NCBI GenBank assembly: GCA_904063045.1 | Contig: CAJFCJ010000009.1 | Span: 2,170,968-2,234,967, forward strand | Length of the DNA: 64,000 nucleotides | From: Dimorphilus gyrociliatus | Taxonomy: Eukaryota; Animalia; Annelida | Reading direction: 5' to 3' | In this document: positions 41,755 to 54,500 of the stretch, piece after piece | How positions within the stretch are numbered: position 1 is the stretch's first letter | Layout of the letters: every line of letters begins with the position of its first letter | Translations under genes and position numbers: made by a program | Notes under the pieces: generated by a model | Told to the model about the DNA's origin: nothing | Databases searched by the model: none | Seen by the model: only the letters and a program-made list of their open reading frames with translations

Positions 41755-42235
41755 TTTGAGAAAACTTAGAACATACAAATATCGTATCGGCTAATATCGA
41801 AAGTAGCGATGCATTATCGTAATCGATATCGCTCTTTTTAATAAAATTCAAACTTTTTTTTTTGCCTAGTTAGCTTTCATTAGTGCAATAAAAATATTGT
41901 ACTTTAATGTAGTATTCAATTACAAGAGAGCAAAATATTGAAAACTTTGTAAGACAGTAATTAATAAAGTACTGCAAAATGTAAATTTATTCGATAATAT
42001 ATTCCATTTATTTAAGGTTTAAGAGAACCATATAAACATAAATTTTAATGTTTAACAAAATAAAACAAAAAAAACAATAAAACAAAAATCAAAAGAAAAT
42101 TTTCTTCAGCAAAACGAAACGCCGGGAAAAATATCATAAACAATACCAATTATCGCTCACTAAACACTTGAACAGAATTGCAGTTAAATAATAAAGACTT
42201 AAAGAATTTTTACTTATTGAACAGTCCTTTAATGA

Positions 42236-43575
42236 ATGAAAATGAAATTTTTTGCATTTGGCAATAATATAGGTAATCAAGTATGCTCAAAATCTACAGA
42301 AAGTAAAATAACTAGCCCACATCGCTTTCTGATGAAAAAACAAAGAATTCAATGTTGTTGTGAATGTGAACAAGGAAATTCCGATGAAGACAGTAATCAA
42401 ACTTTACCAATTATCTGTATAACATTCTCAAAAATAGCTTGTATATTCAATGGATATGGTAAGTATACTAATATTAGTGTATAGTTCAAATACAACTAGA
42501 AAAACTTCTCCAGTTTATTCTACAAAATCAACACCTGATGTAAATTTTGATTATCCAGTACAAGATTGGAATTCTAATCTTACTCATTCGCTTAATATAT
42601 CAAAAGATAATCTGAACATCACTGACTTGGTATCAAATACTACTGTTCAAGTTAAAACTGATAAAAAACAAACAAATTTAATATCAATTCACATGACTGA
42701 CTTTCAAATTTATGTTAAAGATTCAAAAGGTTAGAATTAAATATTTAGAATGGATAATATAGTCTATTATTTGTTATTAAATAGGTCATTGTTATGAAAT
42801 AATTAATGTATTGGAGAATAATCCTGAAATATGTCAGTTGAATATCTCATCTATTAAGTCAGTTAGTTGCGGTGCAGCACATACCCTTCTCCTCGATGAA
42901 GATGGTGTTGTTTACTCGTTTGGAGATGGAAGGTATTAATTCAATTCCGTGTCGAAAAACAAATAACGAATATATTCTATAGTCGAGGTCAATTGGGTAA
43001 CGGAACGACAGAAACGTCAACAAATCCTGACAAGATCCCTGCTTTAATGGGTATAGATATAAAAGCAATTTCAGCAGGAAGTTGGCATTCGGCAGTTATC
43101 ACATGTAAAGCGGACTATATTTTAGTTTAGGAAATTGTTCATTTTAAATTTTTCATTAAGCCACTGATGACTTATACACGTGGGGATGGAATGATAAAGG
43201 CCAGTTGGGATTTCCGTCAAAAAAAAATAAACATAACCACAAAGAGGAAGAAGTTGTTAATATATTATGTACACCTCATTGGTTAGATATACCTGAAGAG
43301 GAATATATAAACAACATTTGTTGCGGTTCTCAACATACAATTGCATTAACCGGTAGGAGGAACAATCTAAATAATTATTCAATTATCTTTTAATTCTTTC
43401 TCAAGGATCTGGAAGAATCTACGGTTGGGGTTTGAATAAATACGGACAATTAGGATTTAATGCAGAATCAGATTTTGTAGATAAACCGACTGAATTGATA
43501 TTCTTTAGAGAAGAAGAACTAAAAATTATTAACATATTTGCACGTCATTGGACAACTATAATATTAACTGAATAA
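42236..43575 (+). CDS. RCCD1: RCC1-repeat protein, RCCD1-like
   Basis: Spliced repeats VSCGAAHTLLL...VYSFGDGSRGQLG, ISAGSWHSAVI...LYTWGWNDKGQLG, ICCGSQHTIAL...YGWGLNKYGQLG. The assignment to RCCD1 specifically is moderate. Confidence 0.75.
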
Positions 43576-43626
43576 GTGAACAGTATCCAGTTTATTCAGA
43601 AATGTATTGTATACATATTAATCTCT

Positions 43627-44238
43627 TTATATTGTTAAGTACTTTTTACCGTAAAGCTTGACTTTATTCTCAAAAGCGACGCTCCTAATTGGCGTTCCAA
43701 TATCGTAAAATGGATTCATAGAAATCTATAACGGAAATAATTTATTAAATTCTCTTTAATTACGTCAAAATATTTAAATAAAAGGATACTTTAACATAAT
43801 GTTCGTAAATATCTTGGAAGAAGTTCTTTATGCCATCGTCATTTTTCACATCATGTAACATTATAAATCTTATTCCTTAAAAAATTGATAAAAGCATATA
43901 GGCTGACAATAATAATCTTTTTTGAAAACTCACTACTAGCTGTTACAAAAGCTGAAATCATCCATTCGTTAAATTTATCAATATTCTTAAAGTACATGGA
44001 ATTCGTATACCACATGTGCTCATCAATTATATCCAATGAAGCATGCATGATAAATTGAATAAGATGGCCATTATCATCTTTCTAGAGAATATTAGATAAA
44101 TATTTTCTCCCCTTTTTAAGGTCATACAAATATACTTTATACCTTATAGCTTGCTCTTGAAAATGGTTTAATTTCAACTTCAAATATAGGAGAATCTGTT
44201 TTATTTACAATAGCAAAGTAGTATGTACCATTAGCCAT
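43627..44238 (-). CDS. TRAPPC2: TRAPP subunit 2 (sedlin), 4 coding exons
   Basis: [11 protein letters not shown]...[24 protein letters not shown]...[18 protein letters not shown]|[20 protein letters not shown]...YVK|ISMNPFY...GKKYLTI*. Confidence 0.95.
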
Positions 44239-44736
44239 TTTATTTGGACTTTAACTGTAGACCCGTACAGTCGTATACATGTATGTACAAGGATGCTTCT
44301 GACTGATATATATGTATATATATATATAAACATATATATATATATAATTACACTGTCTAATATGTATTCATTATAAGATCTCAATAAGAACTTGATGAGT
44401 TTTGTTCTTATTTTTTTTTTATGCATAAAAACTTTATTAATACTTTAGTTACTATAAAATTGAATAATGTTTCCATCGTTAATTATAAGATATTGAATAG
44501 AAAACAATAAAAAAGGCCTATTTTGTAATATAGCTCTATATTCTTAGCAGTATTATCTATTATCTCAACGCCTACTTTTCTTCCTTCCTCTGTATTTTTA
44601 ATAAATATTGGACTAATTTCTTTTGTTTAAGAAGAAAGAGAACTTCTATTGAAATTTCTTTAAATTGCTAATAAAATATCAAATGTTAGTTGAAGTTATT
44701 TATCCATTCAATATCTTTATTGAAAACTCTTTACAG

Positions 44737-45502
44737 GGATAGCGAATTGCGAGATCTAATTAAAAACGATAGCTATGAAATGATTAAGGATATTGATGAA
44801 CTGGTTTCCAAGTTGTTATCTTTAAAAGTCAAATCTGAACGAATTATTGAACGGGCGGGAGCGATTGAAAAAAAAGCGCAATCTTCGATACAATCTTCAT
44901 CAGATGTAAGCAAGGAAGATGAAGTGACTAAAGAAGATTTAAAACCGATTAAATCAAATATTCAAGATCTACCTAAAAATACCGACACTTTGGATCCTTT
45001 GTCGATTCGTGTCAAAAGACTAATTGAATTTACAGATATTGATAAAAATCTTCAATTATGGAAAGTGAAAGCGGGATGCACAAACCTTTGGAAATGCTAT
45101 CTAATACTCAATGGATCAATATGGAATCCTGACAATTCAACATTTTCAAACTTCTATGAAGCTATTGTACACGTGGAAAATGGGGATTGGTTTAATAATT
45201 TTGACAGGGTATTCCAAAAACCTATTCTTAATGACATCTTAAGAGAGCACGAGAATTATATAATACAGGTGATTGGTGAAAAAAGCAAATGCGTAGATGC
45301 TAAAAGATTAATATCTCTATCGAAAAATTTTGATTCAAAATATCATATAACGTCGACAGAAGACCATAATAAAGCTCTAGTTATATTATTTAATATTCAA
45401 CAGCATCTTCCTTCTTTACAAAAGGAAGACTTTAAAAGTTCTTTAAGATGTAACAGGGAATGTAAGATTTTAAGTTATTCAATACTTCCAAGTTATACTT
45501 AG
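44737..45502 (+). CDS. Orphan protein (about 250 aa, N-terminal coiled coil); start unresolved
   Basis: The frame is open for about 810 nt in AT-rich DNA. Acceptor tttacag| at 44736, first internal ATG at 44780. I recognise no family. Confidence 0.6.
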
Positions 45503-45641
45503 CAAATCTACTGCAAAGTGAAAAATACATATATATTTATACTGTATATAACTGTAATTGAAATTATTTGTATTCATTGTTAATTTTGTAATTTTTAAAA
45601 TTATCAATGTCTTTCATCTTTGAGATAAATTAACAGATTTC

Positions 45642-48600
45642 CTATTCAAGCAAACTAACGTTTCCAACAGAAATAAGATACGGTGTTGTTATTTTCTGAT
45701 ATTGAAAATTCTTTTCACTACTAGGTCTAAAAGTAATTTTCAGCTTAGATAAATCATAAAGACCAGCGCATGAGAATGTTGCAATTAATTTACAATCGAG
45801 ATAACTTTTTGATTTTATCTTTTCGCAAAAGTAAACTTGTTTACTCCAAATAAATCTTCGTTGACTATCCGCCTTATAATCTTTAATTATTTCAACGCTA
45901 GAAGAAATATATAAAAGAGATTAAATGCTATTTCATTATATATTATAATTAAAACTTACTTGTTATGATTAGCATCGATGATAGTTTCAATATCTGTTTC
46001 ATAGTTATTATGCAATCGAAGGATAACAGGAACATGACAAAGGCGTCTGTAGGGAGTATATATGTACTAATATATACATATTTATATTTTAATAATGTTA
46101 ATAAATTACCTTGGCTTAGAGTTAAATTCGTGTGCAACCTTTTGAGAATAAATTAATTGAACGTCAACCAAAGAGTGTTGTGTTGAGGAAATAGATGGTT
46201 TCAAATCAATTGATACATTATTTTGACCTAAAATATTGTTATCAATTTCCCAAAACGCTGAAAGTATAACAACATCTTTCAATGATTCCTTTTCTTCTGA
46301 TCTTTTAAACCAACAAAAAGAGTCAGTATCTGTTTTGGAATCTTCTTTTTCAGCGCCATTCAAAGTTAAATATATCATTTCATTTTCTCCCTTTCTCAAG
46401 CAAATATCTTTTATTTCTTTATCCAATCCTTTGGCTTCTATAGTATAATTTTGAACACATCGAATCTCCTTTAATTGCACAGTCTGTTCAAGCAAAAAAA
46501 AAAAATAATAAGATATTCTTGGTATTAGATTGTATATCTAATTAACAAACCTTATTCCCATCATTTTCGATACAACATTGAACAACCTGAGGAATTTCTT
46601 TCCTATCGCTATCGATAATCATCGCCGAAATCAACAAACCCGATACAGTATTGAATATTACATTTTTCCTTAATGTTCTATATCTAAGAAAACAATAATT
46701 AAATATATAAAAAAAACAACTGAAAATAGTAAAAAAAGTATCATATTATAGACGTACTGATTATCATCTCCTAAGAACATAAATATTAAATGTATTATAC
46801 ATTCTCCAACTTGATCCGAAGCCCTTACAAAAGCCTTTTTCACAATTTCTTCCCCTGGTTTTATTTCATTGTGCAACAGTAAAGTATTATTTTCCAACTC
46901 TTCACTATCCAATACAATTAATAGGTGCGATGTAGAAGTCGCCAATTTAATAGCGTTAACCGTCTTATTTCCAATATTCTTTATGCTTAAGTTAAAATTA
47001 ACAATTTGTCCACAAACTAAACTTTCAGGTAGATCACTCATAGTTAGCTCTACCCTTGGTAGATCTTCTGTAATTTTTATCTCAAATATATTCCTCGGAA
47101 TGGAGTCTGCATTGAAATATTAAATGGAAAAAAAATATTATATAGAATTATATTGAAGGAAATATGATTGCTAGCATACCTAATTTGACTGATTGTATAC
47201 CGCGGACCGTAACTGGCTGTTGTTGATTTGCGCTGGTACACGATAGCTCGTAAATCAAACCGGTTATTACCAATTTACCAATTTTATTGGGTTTCACTTT
47301 AAGAATAAGAGTTTTTTCATTTTCCTGAAGAAGCATTGTAAAATTGGATATAGGCTCTATGTTTACAGCATCCTCATCTGATTTGTCATCAAATTTCCAT
47401 AGTAATACAATATTTGTCATGACTAGATGAAGCTTTAGACGTTTTTTAAAGGTTAGCTCAAAGGCCAGATCCTCTGTCGATGTTAATTATTTAAATTAAT
47501 TTAAATTATATTATAAATATTGTTAGCAAACCTCCAACAAATGCTGTAATCGGCCTTTTTATTTTGCCAGATACTGCCGAGTGACAGAAAATGGAAGCTT
47601 TTTGTGAAGGGATCCCAAGTAATTTTTCCAAGCTTTCAAACTTTTTTTGATAACGGAGAGTGTGATGAACACTATCCAACTTGGTTATCTGTCCAGTTGA
47701 GGAGGGTAGATAAAGATGAGCCCGCGACCAATCAATTTCAGGTATAGATAGCGATGGAGGAGGTGAATCTTTAGTCGCTAAACTCAAAACGTACAAATAC
47801 TCTCTGAAATAGGCAGCTTGTTGAGCAGGATTTTGCTTTGAATAAGAGATAAGTTGTTCGAAAGCATCACATGATTTGTCGAGATATTTAAGATTTGAGC
47901 ATTGACGTCCAATAGTGAAGTTTATATGGTCTTCGGCTAAATTCCAATGTTTTCCTTTGTAAATTAAAAGTGTTTGGCAGTAAGCTCTGAGAGCGTGTAA
48001 CCGTTGACCAGCTTTACTATATCTATGTCCAGAAAGTATCATATGGAATGCGTATTTTCTTGTTTGGTTGCGACAAGAAACCCCGTAGTGATTCAGATAG
48101 CAATGAGCAGCCTGTTCAAGTAAGAGGGCACTGCATAAATCAGAGTCTTCACTTGTCATTTTTATCAATTGACTAGCCGCTTCCGTATACATTTTTTTAA
48201 ATTTTAATACTTCAGTCAAGAGTAAAGTCGATCTAATAGCTAAGGTCATTTGTCTGCATGTATATGCGTAAGTATTAATAGCAGTTTCTATATTGCTAGA
48301 GGGAATTTTCCCTTGCATGAAAGCAGCAAGCTCGCCCATTTCCAAAGCACCAGCGTAATATAACCATGCATGATCTGAATTGAAATTTCTCTTCGCCGTA
48401 TGGTACATATTTCCCGCTAGTTCGTACATATGAAAAGCAAAAGCCAAATCGGCAAGTCGTCTAACTTGCATTTCCGGAGCTTCTGTTGTGTAGACAACAT
48501 TTGCAGCATTCGATTCTCCAGAATTCGAACTCGAAGAAGCAGGTTTATTCTGCGAACCAAATAATTTCCAAAATCCTCTCTTTTTGCTTGCTACTTGATC

Positions 48601-49843
48601 ACTAATTTAATAATAATAAAAAATTGATTAGCATGTTGAAAAAATTACATATTTAAAATATGCATACTTTAGAGTTTGAATAGATTTTTCGGCCCAAACA
48701 ATTAGAGATTTTGAAGCAAATTCAAAGATAAAAGCTTTTATTCTATCGTGATCCTCAGTTGATAGGCAACATCCATAACTTTCATCTTTAGTCTCAACCA
48801 TATTGAGGCTTCTTAGACTCGTTACCGATACAGACGATGGTATACTGATTTCATGTTCTGGAGATTCGCCTCTCAATTCCAAAGGATGACTACCAACTGG
48901 AGAATCTCGTTGGTCACCAGGAGGATCAGGAATTTTTGGTGTTACTGAGCAATTCCAGTAATTAATTGGTGCCGACTTCTCATCAATTGGATTTCTTGAA
49001 TTAATAACTAGCATATGACATAGATTATTTCCATAAACACTTCGCATAGACTCGATTGTTTTTTCGGCCCTGTTTGTTTTAAGGATATATGTAATAAACT
49101 GTCTATCTTTATTAATAACAATCCACTTACTTTGCTTGATGAGGTGATGATGCATCGTGTAACAGAACATAGTAGCGCAGAATATGAGTTGAGAACCATT
49201 TAGATTGCTTACTTTGATACTGATTTTGCTGTTGACTATGAGTTAGTGCATTAAATTGTTCTATTGCATTATCCGTGGCAGACGATACAACAAAAATACA
49301 AGCTAAATAATTCTTTATAAATTCATGATCATAATTAGGACAGCAATTCATGAACGTTTCTCTGAATGCTTCGAACCAAGGGGTTTCATCTACAAAATAT
49401 AGATTAATTAGCTCTATTGATAATTGATTAATTATTTTTATTCACTCACGAGAAGGGCGGAACTCCAACCCAGTACTATTGAAATACGATCTACTTGAAA
49501 GAGTCACAGTATCGTTTAATAATTTTCTTGTCATCGAGGGTTGAGGGGCAGAATGATTGATGTCACGTAAAATTAATCGCAAATTTGAAATGTTATGAGG
49601 TACTGCATGAGTGTCTCTTATTTCGACTTATAAGATAAAAAAGGCTCAGTTTATTAATTTTTAATTTATAATTAAATTTAACAAACCGTCAGTGGAGAGT
49701 TTACAAAAAGGTTCAACCATATCAGCAAAAGAAAGATTATTTTTTGCACATACTTCAGCGGCATCGTTGCTGCATGAAACGGCTATTGTTGGTGAAAAAG
49801 AATCTTGGATGAATTCTACGGCGGACAATTTACAGTTCGCCAT
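45642..49843 (-). CDS. TRAPPC8: TRAPP III subunit 8 (Trs85)
   Basis: N-terminal EFIQDSFSPTIAV...NNLSFADMVEPF, MQVRRLADLAF...YAGALEM, and RKYAFHMILSGHRYSKAGQRLHA. The last exon ends at TAG 45642. Confidence 0.93.
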
Positions 49844-50000
49844 AGCCGATTCAATGATATCAAGTATTGAAAAGGAAAGAGGATTACTCCCAAGTCTATA
49901 TACTAAATTAGCAAAATACTCTAAAACGAAACCAGTTACCAGTTGAATTTCTCTCCAGTGTAAAATATTCTCTTAAGTGATACCAGGTGATTTTACACAT

Positions 50001-50030
50001 GTGACGTCACAAATCAATACTTTTTGGCGC
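50001..50030. promoter_or_regulatory. CRE palindrome and E2F site in the TRAPPC8/DSCC1 bidirectional promoter
   Basis: GTGACGTCAC at 50001-50010 and TTTGGCGC at 50023-50030, within a 227-bp head-to-head gap. Confidence 0.6.
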
Positions 50031-50070
50031 AAATCGGCATTTGCAATTTCTGATTATTACAGCCTAAGCT

Positions 50071-51216
50071 ATGGCATCAAGAACATCTAATGAAATAAAA
50101 GAAACTTTAAAGCTAGCGAAAATAGAAGAATCCGATTTAAAATCATTCAGCCAAACTCTTTACTTTTCCAAAGAGTTTTCGTCCTCAGAATATTCTTTAG
50201 TTGAACTGCCGCCAGATGTAGTTCTGGCTTTAAAAAATCAAGATGAAGTTTGTATACGAGGGAGAAAAGACGACAATGCAATACTATGCACCAAATCCAA
50301 TACTTATACTGTAAAGGAAGCTGAAGTATCAAATTCAATGCTATTATCAGACAATTTAACGTTTCCGGATGGATTTAATAATTCGAAGGATGTAAACTAT
50401 GTTTCGTTAAACAGTTTAAATTTTAATTATTATGAATTAAAAAAGACGGTTGCTAACAAGAGAAGAATTGAACAAATTCTCAAGGATAATCCATATATTG
50501 GTAAAAGCTCTGAAAAAAATATGACTAAATATACAACAGAAGATCTTAAGAAAGAGATACAAGCCAGCGAACGAGAAATTTTGAAAGGACTTGAAGATAT
50601 AAAAGCCTGCGAAATCGAAGGATATTGGAGATTAATTAACATTGACTACATTAAGACGATATTGGATGCCATAATCAACTTTAAAGAAGAAAATTCTTGG
50701 GAAATTGATGAAATTGACTTTAATGAGTGTAGCTCTGTTCTAGGTGAAATTTACCCATCGACGATAATTGAACATATTATTAAATCATATTTAAAAAGAG
50801 AAGATGAAACAAATCGATATACATTGCGATCTGAGGAATTTGTAAAGTTTATCGCTATATACTTATTAACTAATGCTGCTGAGTTTAATCTAAAAGAATT
50901 TTTGACTGTTTGGAAGCAGTTACTTCCTGAAGGAATAGCAGATATGGCAAAAGCTAGTTTACTGAATGGGATAGCTTTAGTAAGAGATCAGGGTATTCCA
51001 AGTATTTGTTATTTTCCTATAAGCAAACTACCTGAGAAAGTTGACGAAAGATTTTCTGCATTATTCCAAATGAAAGAAAAGTGGAAGTTTGATGAAATTT
51101 TACCATATATTCGTGATTTAGATGACGATGAATCTAAATTAATATCAATTCTAAATAAGTATACCAGATCAAGTCAAGTTGATGGAGTGAAAATGTACAG
51201 TCACAAGCATATTTGA
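50071..51216 (+). CDS. DSCC1: Sister chromatid cohesion protein DCC1, intronless
   Basis: IRGRKDDNAILCTKSNTYTVKEAEVSNSMLL, IEGYWR, ERFSALFQMKEKW...ILPYIRDL...LNKYTR. Confidence 0.93.
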   Translation: MASRTSNEIKETLKLAKIEESDLKSFSQTLYFSKEFSSSEYSLVELPPDVVLALKNQDEVCIRGRKDDNAILCTKSNTYTVKEAEVSNSMLLSDNLTFPDGFNNSKDVNYVSLNSLNFNYYELKKTVANKRRIEQILKDNPYIGKSSEKNMTKYTTEDLKKEIQASEREILKGLEDIKACEIEGYWRLINIDYIKTILDAIINFKEENSWEIDEIDFNECSSVLGEIYPSTIIEHIIKSYLKREDETNRYTLRSEEFVKFIAIYLLTNAAEFNLKEFLTVWKQLLPEGIADMAKASLLNGIALVRDQGIPSICYFPISKLPEKVDERFSALFQMKEKWKFDEILPYIRDLDDDESKLISILNKYTRSSQVDGVKMYSHKHI

Positions 51217-51592
51217 AAATGTCTTTATAATATTTCTTTAGGTAGGAACTTTTACAATCTAAAATAAATAATACAAGATAAAGACAAGTATACTGTGTCG
51301 TTTCTTTCAAGTTTTCAAACTTAGACCGTAATAGGATGAATACTTGGTAATACCATGAGAAAAGATTATAAAAGCGAAGAGAAATACGGTTCCAGTCATT
51401 GACGTTGCAAAATAATTCCCTATCCGGTTCTGTTGGCCAATAGAAAACAGCCAAATTGAGAAATCAACATCCGGTCAAGCTGCATGTGGTTTTTGGAGTT
51501 TGTACCAGTGATATAATTATAGACAGCTAGTTAGAGTGTAATTAGTTATTTAAAATTCTTTACTATAGATAATTAATAGATAGTCGAGCAAG

Positions 51593-54500
51593 ATGACAAA
51601 TTCTAAAGAAAATAAGGGACCCAGTGTATTCAAATTTTTTATCTGCTTTACCGGCATCTTCTTCTCCTATCTCTATTACGGAATTCTCCAAGAAAAAATG
51701 TAGGTCTATTTTAATTACATATCAATTATACCTTCGTTTCTACAATTCGTCAAGAGAAAATAAAAAGCATTTCAAGTAATAAACGGGAAAATATTGTAGC
51801 CATTTAAAACATTGTTTATCACATTTTTAACAATTGCAACAAAGCAGATATAGGGGATTTTATGAGCTGATAACAATATATTCACCCATTTGTTCTATCA
51901 GTATAAATAAAAAAGACTTTTTTCGCTTTAAAAACATGAGCAACTCTTTATGAATAGAGATAAAAGTACTGATTTTTTTTTTTACAATTTTGTGATATTA
52001 TTAATATTCTTACTACGAATAATAAAAAACTATTTATCAATGCTTGTAAGTTTTATCAAAATATAATTGTTATAATATTTCTTTATTGATCATCTGATGT
52101 TATCAGTTAAAGCGTCAGCTGTTTTTAAATATACTATTTAATAGATATAATTTTGTTCCTCTAAAGTAGAATGAATCTTCCCCTTCTGTGAAATTAGCAT
52201 ATTACGAGTTTCAAAAGGCCTTTGTATAGATATTATATTTTTAATACGTAAAAAGTAAAAAGAATACATAGATGGCGCTTTTATATACTTTAGGTGCGTT
52301 AACCCCCTTCCCGCCTTCTCCTTTAGGTCTAGAAAAAAAAGGGGAAAAACGAATAATTGACAAATGCATAATAATGAATTCTCTGAATAAATTATTTATA
52401 GTAATAGATTGATATATCTAAATATGTTTTTATACAGTTTGTTCTGCTGAATCTAAGTTACATTTTCTTTTAATTAAATGATTATATTGCCTCTTTAAAA
52501 CGGAAATATAGTATATTAAGAATATAAATGCTTACATAGTATTCTAAATTTTTATAATATGGCAAACTTAGGATAGGAATTTTCTTGGTATTTTTTGTTC
52601 TGTTCTCAATAACCCAGAAGTATAAAAATGTTCTATCTATAGTTTAAAAAATTAAAATATAATAATGCAGCCTATATAGAATAAAAAAACTTGGGAAAAC
52701 TATTTAGAACATTTAACGCATACTCTTCTATATCGGACATGGAACAGCTTGAGATTAGGGCAAAGTCTTTAAGATAGAACTACTAAGTATTTTTTTATTT
52801 AACAAGGAGCGACTATTACTTGTCTATATATATTTTATTACATTATTAATTAATTGTATGCTATAAATATTACAGAACAAAAGGGAAATATGGCGATAAA
52901 AAAGAAAATTTTCGTTACACCTTATCAATGGTTTTTATTCAATGTATAGTGAATTCGTTAATTGCTTACATGGGTAAGTGCTTTAATTCCATAATTTAAT
53001 GATATATACGTGTAATGTATAATAAATAACAACTAATTGAACAATAGACTAGGTCGAATTTTTCAAAAGATATTAATACGGTACAATATCTTAAATAGAT
53101 ATATTAATCACAGGTAAACAAGTAGAAACTGAAGATTATATAGTATATTACCATTATAAAATAAATATAAAAATATATTATAGCTATTACAAATAGTCTT
53201 TCAACTTTTTTTCAATATACAATGAAATCAACATATCAACTCATCAATATTGTTTCGAGAAATGTTGTCATAGGTTAGGTGAAGTCCGTTTAAACGTGTT
53301 CAATATCCTTGATAAACAGACATGCTAACGTGCCAAGGGCGTTACTATTTATTCGTCCAATTCATATTTTACGACACGTATTCATTTATATTTATACATA
53401 TGTATTTCATAGTTAAATCCTTTACCTATAAAAAAATATCTTTAGAACTGAATTAATGATCGTTGAACGTCTTTTCGTTTGTTTGTTGGTCTATGCGTCC
53501 ATTTAAGCTGGCCCTCTGTGACTGAGTTGTTAATGTCTCAACGTAATAACTCAACCAAGAGACCCGCTCAACGGTACAACTTTGATTCAATTGAAAAACA
53601 AAAATATAAAACAAAAAATAAAAGCGAATCAGCAAGAAGAAAATGAAAGTAGAATAGAAAATCCTAAAGAATGTAAAGGTTCGTCGAGTGTAACAAAAAA
53701 ACAAAATCAGAATGAGCTGATTGAGTTACAAAGACTAATAAATACGTTGTATCTCAATAGTCCATCCTAATTCTATCATTTCATCTTTCGAATTGCTAAA
53801 ATATAATATTAAAAAAGAATATACAGTATATTTATATTATCTATACCTTTACTTAATGATGTCGTAGCAATTTCTGAGCGGCTTTGCGGTGGAATTTTAC
53901 TTATAAGCGATAAATGCAGCAATGTGATTGGCTGATAGAAGTTAGATAGGAAAATAACCAAATTCTTTCACTGGGTATAATACGTTAAAATTCGTGGGTA
54001 AATTATGTAATATTCCATAAATTTATTTAAAAAAAAACTCCTTTGTTCTTAAATATATATACTGTATATATATATATATAATTATAGAACAGGAGTACTA
54101 GTCGTCACATATGTTTGCATGGTTATGTTTTTAAACACTATTTAACTATATTTTTCTCTTTGTAAAATAAATTAAAATCAATATTATGAAATTTTGTTAT
54201 CCCCACTTAATTTAAATATATTACATTGATTCATTTAGTATACCGTATTTGGCTGGTTTGTTCGTTAATGACAAAAACTCTCTTCAATACTAGTAAAAAC
54301 CCCAAGGTCATTTTATAATGGCTTTTACTAGAGCTCTTTTATTTAAGGCTAAACGATAAAATTCTATTCTTTATATTTTATTCCTTCGTTGTCGTTATTA
54401 ATTTAGTATTTCGAGCATTGACACAATTGTATTGTTGTTTTTGTTTTTAAACTTTCTCAAGACATAACCGCAAAATTCTTAGGCCTAAAATAAATAAAAA

